Of a DNA stretch of 64,000 nt, positions 38,645 to 48,143 are shown in pieces. The notes beneath the pieces are model-generated. The model did not search any database. It was not told the DNA's origin and saw nothing but the letters and a program-made list of their open reading frames with translations. Origin of the DNA: an uncultured Chthonomonadaceae bacterium (GTDB lineage Bacteria > Armatimonadota > Chthonomonadetes > Chthonomonadales > Chthonomonadaceae); NCBI GenBank assembly GCA_963835065.1, contig CAWIEK010000002.1:32001-96000 (forward strand). The letters are read 5' to 3'. Numbering within the stretch: position 1 is the stretch's first letter; each line of letters begins with the position of its first letter. The position numbers and the translations under genes were made by a program.

Positions 38645-39551
38645 AGGAAGTGATGAACGCGGAATGATGAATGATGAATGGAATTCAAATTCATCACTCA
38701 TCACTCATCACTCATCACTTATTATCCGTTTGCTGCGCCTGTGGGCGATGTATGCGCGGCTGGACTTGATTTGGATGACGCGGGATTTGAAGATGTTTGT
38801 GATGTGGACGATTACAGATGCCATCATGAGCATTGCCACCGTGACGAGCATTTGGCTGCTGTCCACGCGGTTTGCGGGCATCGGCATTTGGAGCCATGCG
38901 CAGGTCGTGTTTTTGTTGGGATACGCGACAACGGTTGGCGCATTGATAGATATGTTTTTCGGCTTCAACGTCGCTTTCATCAGCCGACGTTTGGGACGGG
39001 GGCAGTTCGATCATACGCTGATACAGCCGCAGCCCATCTGGATGGCCCTGCTCACGGAGGGGTTTGCGCCGTGCAGCGCGTCCCTGATGCTGTGGCCGGG
39101 CGTGGCGATGATGGCATGGGCGGTGCGGCATCTGGCGCTTGCGGTCACGCTGTTCTGGCTGCTGAAACTGCTTGCGTCCCTTGTCGCTTCCGCCGCCGTG
39201 ATTCTGGCGTTTCAATTTATGTGGGGCAGTTTGGCGTTTTGGGCGCCCCGCTCGGCGGAAGAAATCAGCAGTTCCACTGCCCGCCTGATGAACCAACTCA
39301 AATCCTATCCGCTTGATGGCGTAAGCGGAATTCTGGCCGGCAGCCTGCTGACCGTGTTACCGGTCGGCTTCGTAGCCTGGTATCCCTGCCGCCTGCTGTT
39401 GGGATTGGAACTGTCGCCCTGGAAGCAAGGCTTGCCTACAATCGCCGCGCTGCTGCTGTCTCTATTGGCCGCATTTATCTTTCAGCAGGGCCGGCGGCAC
39501 TATGCCCGTATCGGGTCGCAAAATTACAGTGACAGAGGGCATAGAGGTTGA
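38634..39551 (+). CDS. ABC-2 family transporter permease with repeat-derived N-terminus
   Basis: GQFDHTLIQPQP, YPLD and LPVGFVAWYP motifs; N-terminus includes (TGATGAA)n and (TCATCAC)n tracts. Confidence 0.85.
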   Translation: MKARGSDERGMMNDEWNSNSSLITHHSSLIIRLLRLWAMYARLDLIWMTRDLKMFVMWTITDAIMSIATVTSIWLLSTRFAGIGIWSHAQVVFLLGYATTVGALIDMFFGFNVAFISRRLGRGQFDHTLIQPQPIWMALLTEGFAPCSASLMLWPGVAMMAWAVRHLALAVTLFWLLKLLASLVASAAVILAFQFMWGSLAFWAPRSAEEISSSTARLMNQLKSYPLDGVSGILAGSLLTVLPVGFVAWYPCRLLLGLELSPWKQGLPTIAALLLSLLAAFIFQQGRRHYARIGSQNYSDRGHRG

Positions 39552-39590
39552 TAGTTGATAGTTGATAGTTGATAGTCGAAGGAGCAGGCA

Positions 39591-40697
39591 GTGCAAACGG
39601 AACAAGTACAAGAAGACAATAGACAACAAGCAGATGATGAAAGCAAACATCTGCAAACAAGCGGGCTATCAACTATCAACTATCAACTATCAACTATTAT
39701 CGAGTTGCGCGGCGTGAGCAAGGCGTACCGGCAGCGGCAGCGCTCGGAGAAGCTGAGTGAAGTGTTTAAGACGCTGCTGCGGCCTGAGATACGGGTCGTG
39801 CAGGCGCTGCACAACATTGATCTGCAGATTGCGCGGGGCGAGATTGTCGCGTATGCGGGGCCGAACGGGGCAGGGAAAAGCACGACGGTCAAACTGCTGT
39901 CGGGGATGCTGTCGCCGGATACGGGCACGGTGCGCGTGTTGGGCATGGACCCGGCGGCGAATCGGCAGGCGTATGTGGGACGTATCGGCGTGGTCTTCGG
40001 ACAGCGCACGGAGTTGTGGCGCGACCATCCGGTGTCGGCAAGTTTCGAGTGGAAGCGCGTAGTTTGGGACATTCCGCGCGAACGCTATGAGCGCATGTCG
40101 GGACTGGTTAAGGAACTGCTGGATTTAACGCCGTTTTTCAACAGCCTTGTGCGCGAACTCAGTTTGGGGCAGCGTATGCGGGCCGATCTGGGACTGGCAT
40201 TGCTGCACGAACCCGAAATTTTGTTTCTGGACGAACCTTCGCTCGGACTCGACGTGCTTGCCAAGCGCAACATTCTGCGGTTCCTCAAGGACATCAACCG
40301 CGAACGGCAAATGACCGTCATGGTGACAAGCCACGATATGTCGGAACTGGAACAGCTTGCCGGGCGCATTGTGATGGTGGCGCAGGGCAAAATCGCTTAC
40401 GATGGCGACTTTGCCCGCCTGCGAACCGAATTTGCCGACCGCCGCGCGCTGATTTTGGAAACCACAAGTGACGCGGCTCCCCTGCTGCAAGGCGCAGCCC
40501 TGACGAGCAGCGAGTCAGGGCGCTATGAATATACGTTCGACGCCGCGCAAGTGAGTGTCGCCGACCTGCTCCAGCAAGCCTCGCAGCAAACGCGCATCGT
40601 AGATATGGAAACCCACCGCGCTCCCATTGACGATGTGATTGCGGATATTTACGAAAAGTGGAAAGTAGAGAGTGAGAGTGGAGAGAAGAAAAGATGA
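39591..40697 (+). CDS. ABC transporter ATP-binding protein
   Basis: GPNGAGKST, LSLGQRMR, LFLDEP and TSHDM motifs; N-terminal LSTINYQLST derives from a (CTATCAA)n tract. Confidence 0.95.
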   Translation: MQTEQVQEDNRQQADDESKHLQTSGLSTINYQLSTIIELRGVSKAYRQRQRSEKLSEVFKTLLRPEIRVVQALHNIDLQIARGEIVAYAGPNGAGKSTTVKLLSGMLSPDTGTVRVLGMDPAANRQAYVGRIGVVFGQRTELWRDHPVSASFEWKRVVWDIPRERYERMSGLVKELLDLTPFFNSLVRELSLGQRMRADLGLALLHEPEILFLDEPSLGLDVLAKRNILRFLKDINRERQMTVMVTSHDMSELEQLAGRIVMVAQGKIAYDGDFARLRTEFADRRALILETTSDAAPLLQGAALTSSESGRYEYTFDAAQVSVADLLQQASQQTRIVDMETHRAPIDDVIADIYEKWKVESESGEKKR

Positions 40698-41869
40698 ATA
40701 TTCGGCAGTTGACGGGCGAGGAACTGGAACAGCAGTATTATGTTTGGTCGCAGGCGTTTGAGCATGGCAAGCGGGACATGAGCGAATGGCGCGAAGATGA
40801 CGCGGCGAACAACGAACGGCAGGCGATCTACGGCGTTTTCGACGAAGCGGGGCTGCAGGCGACGTTTTTGATTGTGGACATGCACCTGCATTTTGGGCCA
40901 CACGTGATTGTGCCAATGGGGGCTGTGAATGGCGTGGCCGTTCTGCCCGGCGCGCGGGGAAAGGGGTATGCGTCGGCAGGCATACGCTACTATCTACGGC
41001 AAATGCGTGACGCGAGACAAGTGGTCTCCATTTTGGAGCCGTTCAGTTGGGACTATTATCGTGGATTGGGTTATGAATGGATCGGCCTCAATCGGCGTTA
41101 CGCGGTTCCAAGCCGCCTGTTTCCGCCGTCTGCGGAAACCGCGCATGTTCGGGCGGCAATGCCACAGGATTTGTCGGCGGTCCGAAAAGCCTATACCACA
41201 TTTGCCGTGCGCTACCGGGGAATGTTACAGCGCGTTGACTCGGACTGGAAAACCATTATTGAGGACAGGCCAAAAGAGCATACCTATACCTATATTTACG
41301 AGCAGGATGGCAGCGTGGAAGGGTACATAACCTATCGCGGCGGCAAGCGCGAAGAAACTCGGCTGCGCGAGTTTATCTATCTGACCCGCCGCGCGCAACA
41401 AGGATTATTTGGCCTGCTACGCCGCCACGATATGCAGATTGACAAGTTTGTATGGAACGCGCCCGGTGACGATCTGCTGTACTCGCAGCTAACGCATTGG
41501 GATGTGGAAACCAAACTGCGTCCGTGCATCATGGGGAGGATTGTGGATGTTGTCGGCGCTCTGCAAGCGTGGAAGCCACTTCAGCCCACACAGGCGGATT
41601 TTGTATTGCAAGTGGAAGACAAACACGCGCCGTGGAATCAAGGCCGGTGGCGCGTAACAAGCACAGACGGGCAAACAACCGTAACCGCCACAAACGACGC
41701 TGCCGATCTCGAAATGGACATTCAGGCGCTGACGCAGGCGTATTTCGGGACGCCCTCCGTTGCGGAATTGCGCCGCGCCGAACGCCTGACAATCCACACC
41801 GAACGCGCCGCCGAACAATTGGCGCAATTGCTCGACGGCCCGCCAATGTGGGTCAACGACGGCTTCTAG
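40694..41869 (+). CDS. Eis-like GNAT acetyltransferase with SCP2-like C-terminus
   Basis: VAVLPGARGKGYA, LEPFS..YY..LGY, MGRIVDV..AL and D..APWNQG motifs. Confidence 0.88.
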   Translation: MNIRQLTGEELEQQYYVWSQAFEHGKRDMSEWREDDAANNERQAIYGVFDEAGLQATFLIVDMHLHFGPHVIVPMGAVNGVAVLPGARGKGYASAGIRYYLRQMRDARQVVSILEPFSWDYYRGLGYEWIGLNRRYAVPSRLFPPSAETAHVRAAMPQDLSAVRKAYTTFAVRYRGMLQRVDSDWKTIIEDRPKEHTYTYIYEQDGSVEGYITYRGGKREETRLREFIYLTRRAQQGLFGLLRRHDMQIDKFVWNAPGDDLLYSQLTHWDVETKLRPCIMGRIVDVVGALQAWKPLQPTQADFVLQVEDKHAPWNQGRWRVTSTDGQTTVTATNDAADLEMDIQALTQAYFGTPSVAELRRAERLTIHTERAAEQLAQLLDGPPMWVNDGF

Positions 41870-41877
41870 GACGAACA

Positions 41878-42029
41878 AACCACCCGCTTCGCTAGAGACA
41901 CAGAGACACAGAGGAAAAGCCAATGCGAGAAGGAGAGAAGGGAGAAACCGCGTTCCTTCTTTTATCTCCTCTTTTTTCTCGTATCGGTTCTTCCTCTGTG
42001 TCTCTGTGTCTCTAGCGAAGCGGGTGGTT
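41878..42029. mobile_element. Second, shorter copy of the MITE-like element
   Basis: Same terminal IR AACCACCCGCTTCGCTAGAGACACAGAG as at 11318; also lies between convergent genes. Confidence 0.75.
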
Positions 42030-42031
42030 CA

Positions 42032-44014
42032 TTACTCTACCGTGACGCTTTTGGCAAGGTTGCGCGGCTGGTCTATTTCGCAGCCTCGGACGCGGGCGAC
42101 ATGGTACGCCAACAACTGCATCGGAACCATTGCTACAATCGGCATCAGGGCATCATGGGTATTGGGAACCATGATGATCTGATCGGCGCAATCGGGGGCT
42201 TCCGCGCCCTCGCGCACGACGGCGATAATGGTTCCCTCCCGCGCTTTCACTTCCTTTAAGTTGCTGACCATCTTTTCGTTGGTGGCGGTTTGCGTACAAA
42301 AGCCCACAACCGCAACGCCGGGTTCCACGAGCGCAAGCGGGCCGTGCTTCATTTCCCCTGCCGGGTACGCTTCCGCGTGGAGGTAGGAAATCTCCTTCAA
42401 TTTCAGCGCGGCTTCCAGCGCGGCGGCGAAATCGTACCCGCGTCCCAGATAAAAGTAACTGTGGTGCTGCGACAGCAACTCCGCCATAGACGCAATGTAG
42501 GCATCCTGCGCCAAACATTGCTCGATTAGTTCGGGCAGGTGGCGCAAGGCATCAGGCAAGGATGAAGGATGAAGGATGAAGGATAAATCCGTTGCCGATT
42601 TTCGATTTTCGATTGCCGATTGCACTCCTTCTGTCTTATTTTCTTCTTCCTGTTCCCTGTTCCCTGTTCCCTGTTCCCTGAATTGCGCCAAATACAGTCC
42701 GAGCAGCGTCAGGGCGGTGAGTTGGGCGAGGTAGGCTTTGGTGCTGGCGACGCCGATCTCGGGGCCGGCCTGCGTGAGGAGAACGGCGTCGGCTTCCCGC
42801 GCCAGGGTGCTGCCGACGACGTTGACAACGGCCAGAGTCGTCGCGCCTTTGGCTTTGGCTTCGCGCATGGCCGCAAGGGTGTCCGCCGTTTCGCCGGATT
42901 GCGAAATCAGCACCACAAGGGTTTCTTCATCCACCAGCGGATCGCTGTAGCGGAACTCGCTGGCAACGCTCGCTTCTACGGGGCGGCGCAGCAATTGCTC
43001 GAACAGGCGCTTGCCGACCACGCCCGCATGATAGGCCGTGCCGCAGCCCACAATCGCCACGCGCCGAAACTTTTCCCAATCCGTCGGCGTGAGCGAAATA
43101 CCGGGCAGGGATATGCTGCCGTTCTCATTCAGGCGTCCGCGCAGCGTGTCGCGCACCGTGCGCGGCCCCTCGTAAATCTCTTTTAGCATGAAGTGGGCAA
43201 AACCGCCCTTTTCCGCCGCCGCATCGTCCCACGTCACGTTCAGCGGAACGCGCTCCACAGGTTCGCCAATCGCATTGGTGACGCAAACCCCGTCCGGCGT
43301 CAGCATGGCAAAATCGCCATCCTCAAGCAAGATCACCCGGCGCGTATAGCGCATCACGGCGGGTATGTCGGACGCCAGAAAATTCTCGCCCTCGCCCAAT
43401 CCAATCACAAGGGGCGAGTCTTTCCGCGCCACAAAAACCGTATCCGGCGCATCCTGCGAAATCACGGCGATAGCATACGAGCCGGTCACGCGCAACAGGG
43501 CGCGGCGAATAGCGGTAGAAAGCAAGGATGAAGGATGAAGGATGAAGGATGAAGTCTCTTCTTCTGTTCCCTGTTCCCTGTTCCCTGTTCCCTTCACTTC
43601 TTCAAACGTAGCGCTAATCAAATGCGCCAACACTTCCGTGTCGGTTTCTGAAGCGAAGACGATGCCCTGTTCGATCAGTTCGCGGCGCAGTTCGGCGTAG
43701 TTTTCGATGATGCCGTTATGTACGACGGCGATGCGGCCTGTGCTGTCGCGGTGCGGGTGGGCGTTGGCTTCACTGGGGCGGCCATGCGTGGCCCAGCGCG
43801 TGTGGGCGATGGCGACATGCGACTGGTGCGGCGTCGTTTCTAAGACGCGCTCCAGATTGGCGATTTTGCCTACCGCCCGCACGATCTGAATCTGCGTACA
43901 GTTGGGAAACGCGATGCCCGACAAGTCGTAGCCGCGATATTCCAGCCGCTTCAGATTGGTCAGCGCGGTTTCCACCGCCGCGCCGTGTCCCACATAACCG
44001 GTGATTCCACACAT
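42032..44014 (-). CDS. glmS: Glutamine-fructose-6-phosphate aminotransferase with two repeat-derived in-frame segments
   Basis: MCGI, HTRWATHG, HNGIIEN, SQSGETADT, VASTKAY and PRNLAKSVTVE motifs; 660 aa versus ~610 typical. Confidence 0.97.
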   Translation of the reverse strand: MCGITGYVGHGAAVETALTNLKRLEYRGYDLSGIAFPNCTQIQIVRAVGKIANLERVLETTPHQSHVAIAHTRWATHGRPSEANAHPHRDSTGRIAVVHNGIIENYAELRRELIEQGIVFASETDTEVLAHLISATFEEVKGTGNREQGTEEETSSFILHPSSLLSTAIRRALLRVTGSYAIAVISQDAPDTVFVARKDSPLVIGLGEGENFLASDIPAVMRYTRRVILLEDGDFAMLTPDGVCVTNAIGEPVERVPLNVTWDDAAAEKGGFAHFMLKEIYEGPRTVRDTLRGRLNENGSISLPGISLTPTDWEKFRRVAIVGCGTAYHAGVVGKRLFEQLLRRPVEASVASEFRYSDPLVDEETLVVLISQSGETADTLAAMREAKAKGATTLAVVNVVGSTLAREADAVLLTQAGPEIGVASTKAYLAQLTALTLLGLYLAQFREQGTGNREQEEENKTEGVQSAIENRKSATDLSFILHPSSLPDALRHLPELIEQCLAQDAYIASMAELLSQHHSYFYLGRGYDFAAALEAALKLKEISYLHAEAYPAGEMKHGPLALVEPGVAVVGFCTQTATNEKMVSNLKEVKAREGTIIAVVREGAEAPDCADQIIMVPNTHDALMPIVAMVPMQLLAYHVARVRGCEIDQPRNLAKSVTVE

Positions 44015-44045
44015 GGTACAGGTTCCTTATAGTTCAAATTGGTTT

Positions 44046-44212
44046 GGTGTTCAGGTATTCAGGTATTCAGGTGTTCGGGTGTTCAGGTGTTCAAGCATTG
44101 AGTTGTTCAGTTGATGCTTGTTAATCATAAGATTAATAATCAATAAGATTAAGAAGAACCTTACGGTTTGCTGCTTCCTGAACACCTGAACACCTGAATA
44201 CCTGAATACCTA
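44046..44212. repeat. GGTRTTCA / TGAAYACC octamer inverted pair in the deoR-glmS spacer
   Basis: ~6 units at 44046-44093 and 4 units at 44178-44211. Confidence 0.9.
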
Positions 44213-44227
44213 CATTTCAGGACGGAT

Positions 44228-45091
44228 TCACGGTTGGTTCGTGACAGTTTTAGCCGCTTCAAAGACAAAAATAGTTCCCTGCCGCTTCAAACGTTCCGCA
44301 AGGGCGATCATTTCCTCGCGCTGCGCTTCGGTCAGGGTATCGGTGACTAAGCGGACGGTTTTGCCTTCCAGAGTGGGACCGCCGAAGCCCCAGGGATGCC
44401 GACGGCCTAATTTTGTACTGTCGGCGGCAATGATGATTTCCGGCACGTTGGCGAGGAGTTGTTTCAGAAACGCGGCTTCTTCGGCGCGGTGGGAGTACAG
44501 GTCAAGCGACCCGTGCGTTCCATTGCCGAACAGGACGCCGCTGGCTCCGCAGATGGCAACACTCGGCTGAAACGCGCTGTGAAACTCCGGGGTGTGGAAC
44601 GCGCAATCGTCGGCAACGTAGATTTCGCCCAAGACGCCCGCCGACAATCCCCCCGCCACCAATTCCAGCAGGGAGGGAACGCTGTTGGTGAAGACAATGA
44701 GATTGTGCGGCGACTCGCCTTCGATATGGGCGCGACGCATCTCCTGCGCGACGGCATAAGTGGTGCTGCCTGCCGTGAGCGCGACAGCCAGATCATCCGG
44801 CAGGGAACACACAATCGCGCGGGCAATCGCCTGCTTGCTGGCCGCGTTGCGTCCCAACTGGTCGGTGAAGTAACCGGGACTGTACCCGGAACGCGCCACC
44901 ATGACTTTACTGCGCCGCACTTCCAGGCCGTTGACCCGCTGTAGCATCTTTTGCAGATGGTCCAGGTCGCGGCGGATGGTACGCGCGTCGCATTGCAAGT
45001 TGGCGGCAAGCGCGTCCAGTTCCTGCGCATCCTCGGTTTCGGAAAGCAGTTCCAGCAGGCGCATACGGCGCGAGTCGGCTTGTTCTGCCAT
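44228..45091 (-). CDS. DeoR-family regulator upstream of glmS (GlmR-like position)
   Basis: HTH TIRRDL, KQAIARA, TAGSTT, TNS and ADSTKLG motifs. Confidence 0.85.
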   Translation of the reverse strand: MAEQADSRRMRLLELLSETEDAQELDALAANLQCDARTIRRDLDHLQKMLQRVNGLEVRRSKVMVARSGYSPGYFTDQLGRNAASKQAIARAIVCSLPDDLAVALTAGSTTYAVAQEMRRAHIEGESPHNLIVFTNSVPSLLELVAGGLSAGVLGEIYVADDCAFHTPEFHSAFQPSVAICGASGVLFGNGTHGSLDLYSHRAEEAAFLKQLLANVPEIIIAADSTKLGRRHPWGFGGPTLEGKTVRLVTDTLTEAQREEMIALAERLKRQGTIFVFEAAKTVTNQP

Positions 45092-45183
45092 GAACGTTAC
45101 AGCCTCCCGGCAAATGATGAAGGAAAAGGGAAAGAGGTTTGAATAAAACGGCTCCTGCGCTGAAAACAACGCGCCTATGTCTC

Positions 45184-45212
45184 ATTATGGCAGCACAGGG
45201 ACACAATATCAA
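45184..45212 (-). promoter_or_regulatory. Putative sigma70 promoter for deoR-glmS
   Basis: Minus-strand TTGATA-17 nt-CATAAT. Confidence 0.6.
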
Positions 45213-45291
45213 GGGTAAAATGCACAAATTCTTCAAATTCGTGACAAAAAGATTACCGAGAATAAGATTAGTGGCGACGGAAAAATTGTTC

Positions 45292-45320
45292 TTGACAGTT
45301 GGCGCGGAATTTCTTACAAT
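45292..45320 (+). promoter_or_regulatory. Putative sigma70 promoter for the amidase
   Basis: TTGACA-17 nt-TACAAT. Confidence 0.65.
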
Positions 45321-45436
45321 GCAAGGAGAAAATGTTGAAGAAGAAATGTTGAACGATGAGGGCAAGCAGGGTAAAGCGCGAACGATGCAGAAATTAGGCA
45401 GGAGCCGAACAGGAATGACGAAGAAAGGAGCGGAAT

Positions 45437-46204
45437 GTGAGCGGTGAAGGAACGCGCAAGCGAATACGTGGCGGGCGCAGGCGGCGCAGGCGGCTGTTAT
45501 TGCTGCTGTCGGGCGCAAGTTGTATGCTGTTGACCGTTTTAGGCATCGGCAGGCGGCTTCTGCACCGCAAGCCGGAAACGCCGCCGACACTGCCGCCGGT
45601 TGTGGTCGCGCCCCTCGTGCCGCTTGGCCCGCCCGGCATTGTGATCCATCATTCCGAGTCGCCCGCCGTGTATCACGGTATAGCCATGAACGCCGCCCGC
45701 TTGGAAGACATTCACCACCAGGAACACCCGGACTGGAAAACGGAGTACGAGGGCAAAACCTACTACATCGGCTACCACTATGTTATTTTGCCGGATGGCA
45801 CGGTGGAAACCGGACGGCCTGAAGGCTGCATCGGCTCCCATGCCCGCTCGCATAACGATTGGATCGGCATTTGTCTGATTGGAGGCTTTCAAACCAACAA
45901 TCACTGGTTCCCGGAAACGCCGACAAAAGCGCAGATGAAAGCCCTCGTCGCGTTATGCGAGCATCTCATGTCGAAGTACCACATTCCGCCCGATCTGGTG
46001 AAGCGACACCGCGACATCAATGATACATGGTGTCCCGGCGACCGCTTTCCTTACAACAAACTGCTGGCGCAACTGCAAACGTATGCCGCTACGCACCCCG
46101 AAACCAAAGCCATCCCCGGCAGAATCGTCTCGCTGGAACATCCGCCGCCCCCCGGAAGGAAGAAGAAGGACAAGGCTGCGGACGACAAACATAAAATGAT
46201 TTAG
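45437..46204 (+). CDS. Membrane-anchored N-acetylmuramoyl-L-alanine amidase (Amidase_2/PGRP-like)
   Basis: IVIHHS, IGYHYVI..DG..E.GR, GSHA, IGICLIG and HRD..TWCPG zinc-amidase motifs. Confidence 0.9.
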   Translation: MSGEGTRKRIRGGRRRRRRLLLLLSGASCMLLTVLGIGRRLLHRKPETPPTLPPVVVAPLVPLGPPGIVIHHSESPAVYHGIAMNAARLEDIHHQEHPDWKTEYEGKTYYIGYHYVILPDGTVETGRPEGCIGSHARSHNDWIGICLIGGFQTNNHWFPETPTKAQMKALVALCEHLMSKYHIPPDLVKRHRDINDTWCPGDRFPYNKLLAQLQTYAATHPETKAIPGRIVSLEHPPPPGRKKKDKAADDKHKMI

Positions 46205-46256
46205 CCCTGCGCGGTTATGGCTGTCAATCCAAAATGCGCCTGCCGCGCAATAGGCG

Positions 46257-46871
46257 TTATCGCGCTCCGTGCTGCAGGAGATAATTGACAATCTCAAAGT
46301 GGTGTTGGGCATCCGCGATGCGCAGCAGGGACGTATTCTCGCCATCTGCGGCGTTGACCTGCGCGCCGTGTTCGACCAGCATCTGCACGTTTTCCAGCGA
46401 ACCGCTCCGGCAGGCCAGCATCAGCGCGGTTTCTCCCTTGTGGTTGCGCAGGTTGACATTGGCGTGATGCTCCACCAGCGCGCGGACAATGGCGACGAAA
46501 TTGCCGCTGTTACCACGTGAAGAATCGTTGGTGAAGCGGGCGGCAAACATCAGGGGCGTATCGCCGTCCGGCGTGGCAAGGTCGGGGTTCGCGCCATAGC
46601 GCAGCAGCGTTTGCGTGGTCTGCACCGAACCGACAGCCGACGCCGTACATAAGGCCGGAAACCCTTGATCGCCACGGACGTTGGGATCGCAGCCCATTAC
46701 CAGCGCTTCCTCCACTTTCGGCGAGTTGGCGCAGTCAATCCACATCCACACGTCTCGATTATGCCACTGATGGTACAGCCAGAAACAGCATTGCAGCAGG
46801 ATGAGCGCGCAAACGCCGCCCGCGCAGGCCAGCGCTTGGCGTATAGGAGCCGATAATCGTCGCAGGCGCAT
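46257..46871 (-). CDS. Ankyrin repeat membrane protein
   Basis: N-terminal TM; GDTPLMFAA and GETALMLAC repeats. Confidence 0.85.
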   Translation of the reverse strand: MRLRRLSAPIRQALACAGGVCALILLQCCFWLYHQWHNRDVWMWIDCANSPKVEEALVMGCDPNVRGDQGFPALCTASAVGSVQTTQTLLRYGANPDLATPDGDTPLMFAARFTNDSSRGNSGNFVAIVRALVEHHANVNLRNHKGETALMLACRSGSLENVQMLVEHGAQVNAADGENTSLLRIADAQHHFEIVNYLLQHGAR

Positions 46872-46888
46872 ACAGTGTCTCCTTAATT

Positions 46889-46988
46889 TAGGGTTTTAGG
46901 GTTTTAGGGTTCTATGTTTTTAGGGTAAGGTCACAGTGGTTATTTGTTCAACCCTAACCACCTGGAACCCTAAAACCCTAAAACCCTA
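46889..46988. repeat. TAGGGTTT / AAACCCTA octamer inverted pair
   Basis: TAGGGTTT units at 46889-46926; AACCCTAA units at 46950-46988. Confidence 0.85.
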
Positions 46989-46989
46989 T

Positions 46990-47847
46990 TCACGAGCTTC
47001 GCAACCGGGACAGAAACTGTTCAAAATTGTGCTGCGGTTCGTAGCCCAATTCGGCGGCTTTGCGGATGTCGTAGCGCGTGTGGATATGCGGAACATGCAG
47101 GCCGTGCTGCGCCAGCAGTTCCGTCGCGCCCGGATAATAGCGCTCGATTACGCTGTCCGGGTCGCTTGCCAGTTCCGGCCAATCTTCGTCCACGAATGGC
47201 TTGGCGCTTTGAATCAAGAAAGTCTCGCACTTGAACTCTTCCGCCACGATTGCGCCCAACGCCAGTTCATTGGCCTGCGCCACGTCCTCGCGATCCAGCC
47301 AGTTGTCCAGACGCCCCATGCCGGCCACTTTCCAGTCGGCGGGCATGAACATGCCGTAGCGCAAAATGGCGATGCGGAATCCATGCGCGCGGGCGTAATA
47401 GCGGCACATCTCTTCACTCAAATGCTTCGTCATCGGGTAGAGATGGGTGGGAATGGAGGGCACGTTTTCATCCATCACCCGAATCCCGCGCATTCCCTCT
47501 CCATAAACCTGATCGGTGGAAGAATACACCAGATTAGGAATCTGGTGCAGCAGCATGGCGCGCAGAATGTTATGGGTTCCGGTAACATTGACGCTGTAAT
47601 AGTCGTCCACGTTGCGCGAATCCGCCGCTGCGGAATGAAACGCGACCGCATGGATAATGGCGTCACAGCCCTGCATCGCATGAGTGACGGCAGCCGCGTC
47701 CCGAATGTCGGCCTGGATGCTGACGCTGCCTTCCGGCGCGAACATCGGCTCCAGATCGAACAACACCAACTGATGCCCCGAACCCAATAAGCGAGGGACT
47801 AACGCAAGAGGAAAGTTGCCCCGCGCCCCCGTAATCAGTATCTTCAT
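46990..47847 (-). CDS. NAD-dependent epimerase/dehydratase
   Basis: MKILITGARGN, NVTGTHN and YPMTK (YxxxK) motifs; CACCCAA/CACCTGA heptamer tract upstream (47869-47901). Confidence 0.88.
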   Translation of the reverse strand: MKILITGARGNFPLALVPRLLGSGHQLVLFDLEPMFAPEGSVSIQADIRDAAAVTHAMQGCDAIIHAVAFHSAAADSRNVDDYYSVNVTGTHNILRAMLLHQIPNLVYSSTDQVYGEGMRGIRVMDENVPSIPTHLYPMTKHLSEEMCRYYARAHGFRIAILRYGMFMPADWKVAGMGRLDNWLDREDVAQANELALGAIVAEEFKCETFLIQSAKPFVDEDWPELASDPDSVIERYYPGATELLAQHGLHVPHIHTRYDIRKAAELGYEPQHNFEQFLSRLRSS

Positions 47848-48143
47848 TCTATAGTAGTTCCTTCCAATCACCCAACACCCAACACCTGACACCCAACACC
47901 AATGGATTGCTACTTGCATTGTAGTACGTATCCCGTTCCCGGTCAAGCGTTTTGCGAAAATAGTCTTTGTTCGGACGCGACAAAGGGAGCAGAACCCTTG
48001 ATACAAGGAAGAAGCGGGAACTAAGCCCTGATATATTACGTTGCAATGATGTATCGAGCCGATTTGCAGTATGTGGCTTAATACCTCTTTACTTCCGTAT
48101 CGCAAACGCAAGGAACTTTTTCCACAGAACAGGATAGCCAAAG

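Noticed and set aside
43915..43935. GlmS YDLSG instead of the usual YDSAG/YDSSG as an inactivating change
   Set aside because: A single substitution in an error-prone assembly; all other catalytic motifs are intact.
44015..44227. glmS ribozyme upstream of glmS
   Set aside because: The region is filled by octamer repeats and an AT-rich spacer. No recognisable ribozyme core is present, and a DeoR regulator lies upstream instead.
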